A DNA stretch of 63,516 bases, filler included, from Globobulimina sp. (GCA_003354225.1; 43 parts of 43 records of this genome joined end to end with filler, not necessarily neighbours in it); one strand, 5' to 3'; positions 23,585 through 35,947 are shown, numbered from the whole stretch's first letter. The notes: generated from the letters alone by a model not told the origin. Numbers and translations are program-made.

Positions 23585-24297
23585 NNNNNNNNNNNNNNNN
23601 NNNNNNNNNNNNNNNNNNNNNNNNNNNNTTAATTAATTAANNNNNNNNNNNNNNNNNNNNNNNNNNNNNNNNNNNNNNNNNNNNTGAACTCACCCAATGA
23701 ACATTTTTCGAGATACTTTCGTCCCTCCTGTACGCAGCAAGGAATGGGAGAAATGAAAAGTAGTTGTACACATGTCACTACCAGAGTTTCATCGCATTCG
23801 TTTTGTTACAATCAATTAGAAAAGTGCTCGCGGAGCACAAAGGCATAATATGGCTATCCGTTTATATACACGTTAAAAAAGGTTTCAGTTACTTGTTGTT
23901 CAAAATCGGTTACTTGTTGTCCGAGTTATATGTTATAGACGAAAAGCCGAAAATTAGCTCTAATTAGATAGTAATTAGGTCACTTCCGGTCGATTTTGAG
24001 AGATGATTCTGTGTGGAATGAATTCCTCGTATCTGAAAACCTAGGGTATCAGTCTGTTTCCATTTCTATATATCCATGCTTCACTTTTGTTGTTCATCTA
24101 TTTAGTATCCATCCTTTTCCGTGGTTACATATTTTATGGTTATGGTATTTAAAATATCCCAAAGAGAATGAGGTTTATGTGCATATTTGTCATTGTGGAA
24201 TGTGCCTTTCCCCTATAAAAGTATCTCATTCTGTCTCTTCTCTCATTGTTTGTTTGTTTGTTGTCTTAGTTGTTGTACTTGCTGTCCGATCGTTGCA

Positions 24298-24621
24298 ATG
24301 GGAGACAAGAGCGCCTACATGGTTTTGCCCAAAGCGGCTAGTGGTGTGACCGAGTCAAGTGCAGGACGACCGATGGGAAGCGGATCTCCGGCCAAGTCAC
24401 CGACGTTCGCTGGTTCTCGAGTGCCGACTCAAATGATGTCCGAAGACTACTTGGTGCCAAAAGGAGACGGTTCGCACGATCAGATCCAAGAAGAGGGCTA
24501 CTGTTTCAAGAACGCACCACCAGCATCGACCCCTCAACAGACGTTCCAGGCCGCTCCAGCTGCGCCACCACCGTCAGGCGGACAGAAAGACCAGTCGTGC
24601 TACATGCCCTTGCCAAAGTGA
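24298..24621 (+). CDS. Small intronless low-complexity protein (metazoan/nematode-like contig)
   Basis: 107 aa, GC-richer than flanks; terminal motifs KSAYMVLPK and QSCYMPLPK. Confidence 0.6.
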   Translation: MGDKSAYMVLPKAASGVTESSAGRPMGSGSPAKSPTFAGSRVPTQMMSEDYLVPKGDGSHDQIQEEGYCFKNAPPASTPQQTFQAAPAAPPPSGGQKDQSCYMPLPK

Positions 24622-24780
24622 TCGTTTGTGATCGGCGCTTTACTTGTTACTAAATGTACAATTTGTTTCTTGTTCATAAAATAAACTAACAATTGCATTT
24701 TTTTTTGTTTGTTTCATAAACTACCTACCGTTTACGTAAGCAAAATGGCGTAGTGTAGCAAATAATGATAAAATACGTAC

Positions 24781-24890
24781 TTCGAGTACATTTCGTAAAT
24801 CGATTGGCTTTATGGGTGCCAAGGTAGCTTGACTTCCAAGAATAATTAATGGTTTCTCACTTGACATAAGCAAATCAGCCGCTTGTTCAA
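24781..24890 (-). CDS. Exon of acetolactate synthase-like / 2-hydroxyacyl-CoA lyase (ILVBL-like)
   Basis: EQAADLLMSSEKPLIILGSQATLAPIKPIDLRNVLE, flanked by a TTTTCAG acceptor and GTACGT donor. Confidence 0.65.
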
Positions 24891-25164
24891 CTGAAAATGC
24901 ACTAAGTATAAATACATTTATTCCAACGATGTACACTGTACATACATAATGTAGGTGCAGTTGGTCGGTCACCTTGAAAATCTTTTGGCCCCCCACCGCT
25001 GGGGGTAGGATCGACAACTTTGGTGGTGGGATGGTCGTCAAAAAGTATATGCGGCTCTATTTTTNNNNNNNNNNNNNNNNNNNNNNNNNNNNNNNNNNNN
25101 NNNNNNNNTTAATTAATTAANNNNNNNNNNNNNNNNNNNNNNNNNNNNNNNNNNNNNNNNNNNN

Positions 25165-26322
25165 CCCCTCAGCTATAAGGCCTATAATGGAAACCAAAAT
25201 GATGATACAACCCATATTCCAAACTGGAATGAGCTTCGATCTTTAATAAAAAAAGAAGATTTTATATACATAGCAGATTGTAAGTTGTGCAGTAATAAAA
25301 ATTTAGCATACATTGATGAAAACAACGGTTATTTCATTACCATTGTTCCCAAATACCACAAAGATGCAAAGGATTTTGTGGAATATATAAAAACCAATGA
25401 AGTTAAATGGGAAGATGCTTTTGAAGTCCCGCACTCTCGGAAAAAAAGTGAGATTAATGCATATAAAACTTATGATGCCGGCAAAAACAGAAAAGGCTAT
25501 CGCGTAATTTGGGTTCATTCCAGTAGCAAAGCGGAGCAAGACAAAAATAAAAGACTGAAAAAAATTGATAAGGCTCAAAAAGCTCTAAAAAAAATGGTAC
25601 CAAAACTCAATGCCTATCATTTGAAAACGCAGAAAGATATTAAGGCTGCAGTTGATAAGACATGTAAAAATGTTAGTGATTTAATAGATGTAAAAATTAA
25701 TTTGGGAAGGAAGCGGGTCTATAAAAAAATTCCGGCGTCGAAATGGCAACCGGGCGAACCAAGATATAAATACAAATGGTCATTCACTTACGGTCTTGAG
25801 TGGTCATTAAATAAGCAAAACGCTGAAGCGATATCGAAGACAGATGGTTTGTACCCACTAATCACAAACAATCATTCGTTACCTGCCGCTGATATTGTAA
25901 TGATGTATAAGCGTCAGTCATATCTTGAAAAACGGATGTACACAAAGAAAACAATATTGGAAGTCGCGCCAGTTTTTCTTAAGAAAGAAAGACGAATTGA
26001 AGCCGTATTACTTCTATATTTTTTTGCACTCATGGTAGTCTCGCTGATCGAAAGAAATATAAGATTAAACATGGAAAAGGAGAAGCTCGAAAAGCTTCCG
26101 ATTTTACCCCAGGGAATGAATACAAAAAAACCGACATGGAACAATATCCGGTATTTTTATCGGAATGTACACCTATCGCTAATCCTCCAGGACAGGATAC
26201 CAATACAGGCAGATGTTCAGGGATTTAGTGACCTGCATCAAAAAGTATGTGAGCTTATGGAAGTGCCAATCTCATTGTATAGAAAATTACAAGACCAATG
26301 GTGGCTGTTTGGAGTTACATAA
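25165..26322 (+). CDS. IS1634-family DDE transposase, 5' truncated
   Basis: YNGNQND, IADCKL, RVIWVHSS, DGLYPLITN, YKRQSYLEKR, PVFLKKERRIEA. Confidence 0.9.
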   Translation, partial: PLSYKAYNGNQNDDTTHIPNWNELRSLIKKEDFIYIADCKLCSNKNLAYIDENNGYFITIVPKYHKDAKDFVEYIKTNEVKWEDAFEVPHSRKKSEINAYKTYDAGKNRKGYRVIWVHSSSKAEQDKNKRLKKIDKAQKALKKMVPKLNAYHLKTQKDIKAAVDKTCKNVSDLIDVKINLGRKRVYKKIPASKWQPGEPRYKYKWSFTYGLEWSLNKQNAEAISKTDGLYPLITNNHSLPAADIVMMYKRQSYLEKRMYTKKTILEVAPVFLKKERRIEAVLLLYFFALMVVSLIERNIRLNMEKEKLEKLPILPQGMNTKKPTWNNIRYFYRNVHLSLILQDRIPIQADVQGFSDLHQKVCELMEVPISLYRKLQDQWWLFGVT

Positions 26323-26367
26323 CTGATTATTTTGATAATAATGATAAAATACAAAAATAATATAATT

Positions 26368-26387
26368 TCAACCTGCGAAATGTAGGG
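26368..26387. mobile_element. Probable right terminal inverted repeat of the IS1634 element
   Basis: TCAACCTGCGAAATGTAGGG ~45 bp after the stop; resembles IS1634-type ...TGCGAAA...GGG ends. Confidence 0.55.
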
Positions 26388-26644
26388 ATTTAGGCCTATA
26401 TGTAGGTTTGGAAACCGATGTTTTGCTTGTTTTATAGGCTGTTGCCGTGGTCAGACCCTCAACCATGCCTCAACCTATAGGGTGTTGGTCAGACCCTCAA
26501 CCCACTCAACCCCCTCAATGTTGCCATGGGCGACCCTCTTTCCANNNNNNNNNNNNNNNNNNNNNNNNNNNNNNNNNNNNNNNNNNNNTTAATTAATTAA
26601 NNNNNNNNNNNNNNNNNNNNNNNNNNNNNNNNNNNNNNNNNNNN

Positions 26645-28024
26645 ACAAAATTTTCTCTAGAAGTGGAAGACATGTTGATATCTCTGATATGCTAAAGGAT
26701 TATCAAAGTTTATATTCAAAAATTGTGAATAACAGAATAAGATTCTTGTCAGGCAATATACCAAATACAGAGAAGATGTCATGTTTTTCTGATAAAGCAA
26801 GCAGGAAGGAACTACAACATATCCAGAAAGAATTCATTATTGCACCTGCTGACAAAGCAAGCAACAATTTCATTTTCATATGTAAAAAATACTACTTGGA
26901 AATTATGTGCAAAGAACTTGGCGTGAGTATGGACTCCAATGGGCTATGTACTGTAACTGGCAATGATGTTTACAAACCATGTATTATTGATGAAACTATA
27001 CTTATTGACAAACATAAATCCCTCACGGTACAAACTGGACTGATTAAATTTGACAGCGAAGATGAAAACTTGCCAGTTATATTTGCGACACCTAAACTGC
27101 ATAAAAACCCATATAAATTTCGCTTTATCGCAGGGGCGCGTAATTCATCAACTAAACCAATGTCAAAAATATTGCATAGAATTTTAATCCATTTTCAACA
27201 ACATTTTGAAAGATATTGTATCACAGTTAGTAAAAGAAAAGGATTTAACTGTTACTGGTCAATCAAAGGCAGTCTGGAGGCACATAGACGTATAGAACAT
27301 AAAATACAATCAAAAAATTTACATAGCATTTGTACTGCGGATTTTAGTTCATTATATACAATGTTCCCACATGAAATTATTAAAAAACAACTTTTCAAAC
27401 TAATAGATATGCTATTTGGACATGCGAACAAAAGATATGTGGTTATTACATACAATAATGTTTATTATGCTGACCAAGCTAAAGGTAAATATATAGCATG
27501 CTTGGATAAAGATGAGACCAAAATTTTGATAGACAATATTATAGATGAAACATATGTTAAGTTTGCTGGTTTTATCTTCAAACAAATATGTGGCATTCCA
27601 ATGGGTGGTAATGCTAGTCCTCTAATTGCAGATCTTGTATTGAGTATGTTGGAATATGAGTTTCTCACCAATATTAATAACATAAATACTGCTAGAACAA
27701 TGAGTCACACAATGCGATACATAGATGACATACTTTCCATAAACTGTGAAAAATTTTTAGAATATGCAAAATTAATATACCCAAGCTGTCTACCACTTGA
27801 AAACACAGGAAAATCTAAATATGAAAGTTGTTTTTTGGACATTATGGTCAACATATGTCCGGGTAAACACAGAATTGCAGTCTACAATAAAACAGATGAT
27901 TTTAACTTTTTTGTGGTCAGATATGGCTTTGCCCAGAGTAACGTACATACAGCAATGGGATACAAAGTATTCTATACTCAACTAATTAGGATTGCCAGAA
28001 TTTGTAATAACTTTAATGATTTTG
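26645..28024 (+). mobile_element. Penelope-like retroelement reverse transcriptase, both ends truncated
   Basis: PADKASNN, PKLHKNPYKFRFI, ADFSSLYT, GIPMGGNASPLIADL, RYIDD, FLDI, YNKTDDFNF; intact frame. Confidence 0.9.
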
Positions 28025-28462
28025 NNNNNNNNNNNNNNNNNNNNNNNNNNNNNNNNNNNNNNNNNNNNTTAATTAATTAANNNNNNNNNNNNNNNNNNNN
28101 NNNNNNNNNNNNNNNNNNNNNNNNAGTTAAGAGTGTCCACACTCTTCATCATGAGCAAAATCAAGGCCAAATAGGAAAACTCTTTAAATGGCCACAGTCA
28201 TAGTGATCCAATCAACAGATTTTTACGATAAAGCAAAATGCATAATCTGTTCACTTTCCTCACCAATGTTTCTGTTTAAGAAAAAAGCTTGAATTGTTAC
28301 AAGTTGTTTCAATTTTGTGTAATTACGTAATTTAGCAACATTCCCTCATAGAAACGGTAAAAACTATATTATATATATTTAGTGGTTATCTTCGAACTGT
28401 CATTAGTGTCATATGCATGCAGAAATAATTAGAGGTTATATAATTAATATAATACGAATAAT

Positions 28463-28969
28463 TTATGTGGACGGATTTAATTTTATTTCGATTATCTCAT
28501 AATCATTCCGATTTTTATCATAATAAAACTTATCCAATAAAGAATATATATCCTGAGCATAAAAATGTGATGTAACCATTTTCATATCGCTGGTATTTTT
28601 AAAATGCCATTTAACAGTGTATGGTTTCTCTGGATCGCGTATCTTATCTTTAACATATATTAACATTTCATCCAAGGCTTCACTTCTTGAAAGTGCCTCG
28701 GTTTCATGCACTAAAAAAGTGGATTTATGTTTGGGATTCCAAGTCACTAATTTTGTTCTTATTTTTGGCCCTTGCTGGGAATATCGGAAACTTGCATGAC
28801 ATCCACTTCGTCCATTTCGAATTAATTCACTTATCTGATGCTCCAAATCTAAGACGGTTTCATTCTCATTCATATATGACACCGCCGCTTTGTGCTTTTT
28901 GCAACCTATACCATTTGCATAGCCATTCATGCAATTTGATGGTGCTGTCAGTTGTTTCTCTTCAGCCAT
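28463..28969 (-). CDS. Intronless hypothetical protein
   Basis: Complete 168-aa ORF with protein-like composition. Confidence 0.65.
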   Translation of the reverse strand: MAEEKQLTAPSNCMNGYANGIGCKKHKAAVSYMNENETVLDLEHQISELIRNGRSGCHASFRYSQQGPKIRTKLVTWNPKHKSTFLVHETEALSRSEALDEMLIYVKDKIRDPEKPYTVKWHFKNTSDMKMVTSHFYAQDIYSLLDKFYYDKNRNDYEIIEIKLNPST

Positions 28970-29604
28970 TATTGACAGACCCCTAAAAATTAAAAATAAT
29001 TAAAACATTTAAATTAAAAATCCTATTTTCATTCAAATCGTCAGTCAGAAAACAAAATTAAATATCATTGTTCAGTGATTTGAACATCATCACTACATTC
29101 ACCATTATTCATTTTCGCAAACTATTTATTTTAATATAATTTCGGAACTCAAAATATTTTTCATCACAAAAACACGAAACATACGAATGATTTATGCAGT
29201 GGTGGCAAATTGGCAATGTTCCATCCACATCCTTCAGCTTCCATACTTTTAATTTCTTTTCTTCGTTGTTTCCTTAAATTTAATATCGCTTCTTTCTGTT
29301 TTAAAATTGGATCATTAACATTACATTTTGACTGATTGAGTTTGAGTTTAATGTTTCGGATTGATGCGGCTGTTAATGTTGGCAAATCGCAATCATTCTT
29401 AATGCCTTCAAAGGATATATTATCAGTATCATCTTTTTGTAATTTCAATGGTTTCAATGATATTCGTTTTGGTTGACATATATCAAATGGATTTTTATCA
29501 TTAANNNNNNNNNNNNNNNNNNNNNNNNNNNNNNNNNNNNNNNNNNNNTTAATTAATTAANNNNNNNNNNNNNNNNNNNNNNNNNNNNNNNNNNNNNNNN
29601 NNNN

Positions 29605-29723
29605 GTTGCGGAACATCATTGTGGAGGTTTTCGAACTGCGCCTCCAAGCTTTTTCATGTTTAACATTAAATGCTCGACATGGAAAACTTTACCTCTGTAA
29701 TGTCCAAGATGCAGTCATCTTCT
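29605..29723. repeat. 119-bp terminal direct repeat (copy 1; copy 2 at 30866-30984)
   Basis: Exact match between contig start and end. Confidence 0.97.
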
Positions 29724-29889
29724 CGTTCGTCTGAAAGTGAAGGCGAACCGCAAAGTCAGTCATTGGATGATTGCGAATTACAATTGCAATCTCAATCCAA
29801 TGCACAGTCCTCAAACTCCTGTCTAGCTCAAGTATACATATATCCAGAAGATTCAGGTTCAAAGCCTGAGGCGGCCGGCCCCAATATTT

Positions 29890-30030
29890 ATTATGGTATT
29901 TTGTGGTATTTATGGTATTTGTTGTGTTATTTATTGTGGTATTTATTGTATTTGTTGTGGTATTTATTGTGGTATTTTGTAGTATTTATTATATGGTATT
30001 TAGTGTGGTATTTTGTGGTATTTATTATGG
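29890..30030. repeat. Degenerate minisatellite (GGTATTTATTGT-like units)
   Basis: About a dozen imperfect ~9-12 bp units. Confidence 0.8.
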
Positions 30031-30084
30031 TCTCAAACAATTCAGATGAAACTAAAGAAGCAGTGCATGCAAATAATAATAGAT

Positions 30085-30400
30085 ATTGTTTAGCTTCATA
30101 TTATTGTGATATTTGTAAATTTTATGATAACAAACATGGTAAAGAGATATTTCATTGCTTATAATGTGGATTATGTCGTTTAGGAAAGAAATCAAATTAT
30201 ATTCATTGTCAACTTGTGGCTGTTGTTTAAATTATAAATATTTTGCGAAACATGTCCAATCTGTTTTACGTATTTATTTAAATCGCGTGAGTCGGTCACA
30301 TTCTTTATGCCTTGTGGCCATCCGACACATTATGAATGTTTGCTGGAATACGCTAAAGTTTGACTGTAGAAATGCCTCATTTGTAGGACTGCGTGGTATG
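30085..30400 (+). pseudogene. CHY/RING-H2 E3 ligase (RCHY1/Pirh2-like) pseudogene
   Basis: YYCDICKFYDN...IFHCL*CGLCRLG, then in other frames TCGCCL and CPICFTYLFKSRESVTFFMPCGHPTHYECL; stops and deletions. Confidence 0.75.
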
Positions 30401-30604
30401 ACGAGGAATCTGAGAAAAGGAAAAAAAATTGTCAATGTTTGTTATATTTGATATTTTGTTTGTTTGCCATAATAATTATTTTAATTAATTATTTTAAATT
30501 TGTCGTCTTTGAAGTGTTGCGGAACAAGTGTATACTTGCTCGACTATGCGGACCTGCTGTTCAAAAACTGCGCCGCCAAACACTGCAAATTTGAGTGACT
30601 GCGC

Positions 30605-30890
30605 CTCCAAGATGGTTCCGCAAAACATACCAAAAAATCCACATTGTTGATCCGCAAAATATGCGCCTGATGTCAGTGGTAAATGTCTTGAAATTAAGCA
30701 TTAAATGTCTTGAAATTAAGCATTTGACATCATGACTGTCCATGATTTCAGTCCATGATATCAGCGGCAAATGTCTTGAAATTAAACATTTGTGTGTTGT
30801 AAATGTCTTGAAAGTAAGCATTGAATGGCGCATATTTTGCGGTTCAGCAATGTGGTGCTTTTGGTGTTGCGGAACATCATTGTGGAGGTT
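30605..30890. repeat. Foldback/MITE-like inverted repeat with internal tandem repeats
   Basis: CCACATTG.TGA.CCGCAAAATATGCGCC (~30639) versus GGCGCATATTTTGCGG.TCA.CAATGTGG (~30827); AAATGTCTTGAAA x4 inside. Confidence 0.7.
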
Positions 30891-31368
30891 TTCGAACTGC
30901 GCCTCCAAGCTTTTTCATGTTTAACATTAAATGCTCGACATGGAAAACTTTACCTCTGTAATGTCCAAGATGCAGTCATCTTCTNNNNNNNNNNNNNNNN
31001 NNNNNNNNNNNNNNNNNNNNNNNNNNNNTTAATTAATTAANNNNNNNNNNNNNNNNNNNNNNNNNNNNNNNNNNNNNNNNNNNNTACTGAAAAACAAATA
31101 CTTTCTGCTTGTATTTACAATGCACTTCAACATGCATACAATACTCTCACTTAATATGCGTGCATATTTTATTATATATTTTCTTTTGTGTTTTCGTACA
31201 ATCTATTTTTTTTAGTTTGATTTTTTGAATGACATGTGCTGTTTATGTTCAATGATGTGGTTGATTGCTTTTTGACGACGAACATGACTTTTTTATATAA
31301 AATTGGCTTTATTTTTATTCAGTCAGCTTCCTGAACAAAAAGCTTTATTCTACTATACGACCGAGATA

Positions 31369-32208
31369 ATGGCAGACGACCCAAATGATTGGAATAAGCG
31401 ATTAAAAGCGTTGCAAAATAAAGGAAACCCAGACGATATCAAGAAAAGTGATCTAAACAATCGATTAGCGAATTTGCAACAATATCAAAAGAAAGATACT
31501 GATCCAAATGCAACAAACGATGATTTATGGAATCGATTAAATAAATTGGATGAATTAAATGTAAATAATGATATCAATCCGTATCAACCAGCCCTACAAA
31601 ATAAAAACAAAAAAGCAGTTCAAAATTCCAAACTCGCAGAACATAAAACAGACTCATTACTAAATCGTATGGCGGATGAAATAAATTTGGAAAAAACCGT
31701 GCAGAACAATGGTATGCTAATTACATGTAACATTATATAAAAATAAATATAAAACAAAGTAAAGACCTCGATTTTGACATTGACGATGAGTTAGATGACG
31801 TTGACGATGATCCGCAATTATTTGCATTCATGAAAGAGGTTGAAAATGATATTACAAAAAAAAGCACAAAACCACCAAAGATCGATCAAGATTGGGATAA
31901 AATGTTAAAAAATACACAAACAAATGCAAGATTGACAGCAAATGACGAAACATTAATAAATGATGCAATGAACGAAGTGCCTGAAGATATTATAAAAGCG
32001 TCAAAGAAATATGCGGATAAAGAATATAAAGCATATAAAGCAAAACAGAAATTATATGCGAGAATGGGTCAAATGGGCGTAGATCCCGATGATTATTTGG
32101 ATGAAATTATGGGTGATTCGGATGCATCGGATTCTGATGGGAATGATAAAAGAGTCAAAGCATTGATAAATGCAACAACAGATGAGGTTGCTTTAGAGGA
32201 TAAGTTTG
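31369..32208 (+). CDS. Acidic coiled-coil hypothetical protein, one intron, truncated at a chimeric junction
   Basis: Repeated L..RL..L motifs; GT-AG intron ~31712-31764. Confidence 0.55.
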
Positions 32209-32463
32209 GCGCAGTTCGTCCATATTTAAGCCGGCATCTTCAACGGCTTCTTGAAAGGCAACCAATGCCAGCTGTGTAAAGCGGCCCATCCGGTTGGCTT
32301 TTTGCTGCGGAGTAAAAAACTTTTTCGGATCGAATCCGGGAACTTCACCGCCAATACGGCAGGGGAGGTCGGAGGCATCGAATAAGGTAACGGGGCCAAT
32401 GCCGGATTGGCCGGCAAGCAGAGAACTCCAGAAGGCCTCTTTGCCGATGCCGTTCGCCGCGAG
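32209..32463 (-). CDS. Bacterial beta-ketoacyl-ACP synthase (FabF-like) N-terminal fragment
   Basis: Manual translation NGIGKEAFWSSLLAGQSGIGPVTLFDASDLPCRIGGEVPGFDP...RMGRFTQLALVAFQEAVEDAGL; high GC. Confidence 0.85.
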
Positions 32464-32647
32464 NNNNNNNNNNNNNNNNNNNNNNNNNNNNNNNNNNNNN
32501 NNNNNNNTTAATTAATTAANNNNNNNNNNNNNNNNNNNNNNNNNNNNNNNNNNNNNNNNNNNNCGACGGTTTCCGGATCCGGGCTATCGGCGCAAAACGG
32601 GGCGACCGGGGATGTCGAAGGAATCTTCGGGGGCGATAAGCTAACCT

Positions 32648-33942
32648 ATGTCAGAGATTTGCAGTGGAAATGCTATACGCCATTTATTTGAGGTATTTTC
32701 GCAGTTATTCCAATGTAAAATATTTAGGATCTATTTATATGAGCAGATTAATCCATATTTATATGAGATATTTTTACATTCAATGTTTCGATATAATGGA
32801 TTTATAAAAAAGAAAACAAACAATGATAATATCAGCGACTGTGAAAATATCCAATATGGCATATCTGTGTTATTGGATGGTTTGGGTTTAATATTTGATG
32901 CTGATGCATGTTTAGGACGTACTGGATACAACGATGACGATGAAAAATTGCAAAATCAAACAAAAACAATGATTCTGCATTTTGTAAACAATAAAAATAT
33001 TGATACTTATTTGCATTTAATCACACAATATTTGAAAGATGAATATTTAAAATTGAAGCAGTTAAAAAATGGCTATATTTCAAAGGAGCAAAGGAGCAAA
33101 CCATCGATATTTCAGACGAACTGCAATAAAAAAGAAATTGAGTTCGTGTTCAGTCAAATTGTACGTTGCTTAAATGTTTTGGTGCAAGTTTCAGATCCGT
33201 TATATGACAAATTAGTGCACCGCAAATTGTATGAATTTGAAATTAGTGAAGAAATAATATTATTAATGTTATATATTGGCAAAAATCCAGACATTCAACG
33301 TGCAAAAATGCGGAAAATGTTAAAATTAGCAAAATATAAAATATTGACGTATTTGGATCATATGTCAGATAATAAACAATTTGATGGAATGTTTGGTTGT
33401 ATTGGTTTCGATCAAAATGAATTGAATAAAAATATCAATGTTTTGCCATATTTTTGGAAATTTATAATGGATGTCGTCGGTGAACAATATAAAGAAAAGC
33501 AGATAACACCGAAATTAATGGAAGAATTTTCAATGAATAAGTCTCGATGTATTCGTATTGTGTACCGATGGATGAATCGGTGTAATGACTGTAATAATAA
33601 ATCATTTATTTTTGAGTTAATTATAAAACAATATTTTAAAAATAATTTATTGGAATGGTTGTCATATTCTGACCAACAAATAATGGCAAATATGCCGTTG
33701 GTTATCACTCAAATCATAAAATATTCCATTAAACAAAATACGAAAAAGAAATTAATTAAAAAATATTTAAATGTTAAAGTATTGAAAGTTATTTTAAATT
33801 TAATGCGAACAAAACATCGGGTTATTCAATATAACGCTATGTTGCTAATGGCGAATATTATTGATTTTGACCAAGAAATTGCAACTCTTTGCCATGTGAT
33901 TGGGGCTGCTGCCTTGTTACGAGCGTATAAAAAAAATAGATG
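32648..33942 (+). CDS. Helical-repeat (ARM-like) hypothetical protein, partial
   Basis: Long AT-rich ORF; helical pattern at the C-terminus (VIQYNAMLLMANI). Confidence 0.5.
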
Positions 33943-35521
33943 NNNNNNNNNNNNNNNNNNNNNNNNNNNNNNNNNNNNNNNNNNNNTTAATTAATTAANN
34001 NNNNNNNNNNNNNNNNNNNNNNNNNNNNNNNNNNNNNNNNNNTTTTTGCATAATTAAATATACGATATCAATTTGTAAATAATAAACAAATTGCATATAT
34101 CACTTATTAAGTTCTATTTGTTGTACTATCATCTGACCGGGGCAATTGATACGAAATTATTAAACCAATGTATCAATGACAGCTAATTAATTCTCCTGTG
34201 TAGAAGATAATATTTATACAAATATAATTTCATGCATCATTATTTCTTAACTAATATACAATTTGATTGTACGCGAATTGATAAATAAAACAATCCAATA
34301 ATAATTTCACCTAAAAAAAAGCACAAGGATTTCGTTGTTTCAATGAAAGCTGCGACTCTATTAGTCTCTATATAATATACAGCTATTAATTTGGTTAAAT
34401 GAAAACCACAGTTGCGAAAATATGGAGGATTGATTTTTAGAAAATGGCAAGTTTTGGGGGTTTTTTGGTTGAAGTTTTTCCAAAACATTTAAAATATTCA
34501 TAGTGTGAATTTAATCTCAATAATCATCGTCCACGATCTCGTAGTGTTTGTGGAAAGAGCCAAGTAGTGGTTTCACTTTTTTTTCGATGAACTAAGCCTA
34601 TATTGGGCCGGAACTGTAAAATTTTAATTTAATTAAACACACACAAAGATTCACGTTATTACTATCACACAAGGGATTTATTAAATATGTCATGGAAACA
34701 TGAACATATAATAACACATAGATGTTGTATAAGTAACTAAATGATTTATACAGAACAGGCAATCATATTGGAAAAGAAAAGAAAAGGAAAATAGAAAAAG
34801 GGAAATATTCATCATAAAAAACTTGAATATATATATTTAAATAACATAAAAAAAGCCACCAACTAAAATGTTCTTAATAAAACTATTATTTGTAATATAC
34901 TTTTACTTTAAAAATAAGCGTATTTGATGCAATAGTGTCAATTTCTTAACTCACACATATTATCAATAAAAATCATAGATATATTGTAAAAATCATAGGG
35001 CAAAATAAAATAAATGGGTAAATTGGTAAAAAATGGAAATCTATTAATTGTTACTTGGTAGAAATATTATTTATGGGCTGATTTGGATAAATCATACATA
35101 AATTGATGACATTTTATACATACAGATGGTGTACACACATAAATGTACTAATATCTCAATACTTTATATTATTTAACCAATAATAAAATTTTGCATAAAC
35201 TGGATCAAATACAACTTCGTTTGCTTCATTAGCTTTATTATCATCATTATTCACCATATTACTCGACATATTATTTAATGTTCTTTCGATTGAACTTAAT
35301 TTATTTTTTACTGCATTATTATTGCTATCTGATTTATTGGCAATTGCACTTAATGTATTTTTGAGCGTATTCACTGTACTTTCCATTCCATTTAATTTAC
35401 TCTTCAATTGATTGTTATCATNNNNNNNNNNNNNNNNNNNNNNNNNNNNNNNNNNNNNNNNNNNNTTAATTAATTAANNNNNNNNNNNNNNNNNNNNNNN
35501 NNNNNNNNNNNNNNNNNNNNN

Positions 35522-35947
35522 TAATATATACCAGAAAAGCAGCAATCCTTTCAATAATCCTTTCATTATTACTGCTGTAATATTCAATTCCTGTGCTAAT
35601 AATATTACACACGTCAACAAGAACTTTGTTACAATAAAACTTAAAATATCTGTCCGTAATACGCAAGGCTGGTTTAGATTCGTTGTCGTCAGGTAAAAGC
35701 ACAAAAAAATAACCTCAGCTGTCAGATTTCCGAACAATATTATAAGTTTGGAGACAGTCATCAAGTCAAAAGTTGGTCTTTGCCGTACTTTATTTGTGTT
35801 TTGATTGAAACTTTCATAATGTATAATATTAGCCTTATATATGATATACAGGACATTATGTATCATTAATCGACAAACTTCCGTGTATCATACCCGTAAT
35901 GAATCATCGTTTAATGAACTATGTTCATCGATGAATGTTGATGCCAT
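35522..35947 (-). CDS. Hypothetical spliced membrane protein, N-terminal part
   Basis: ATG at 35947, GT-AG intron ~35834-35894, hydrophobic downstream exon. Confidence 0.35.

Noticed and set aside
26645-28024. RT as a retron, DGR or group II intron
   Set aside because: Motifs (PADK, PKLHK, GIPMG, YIDD, FLD, YNK) fit Penelope-like elements; no template repeat or ncRNA is visible.
29670-30164. WYLL-repeat membrane protein
   Set aside because: The hydrophobic stretch is a translated minisatellite within a pseudogene mosaic.
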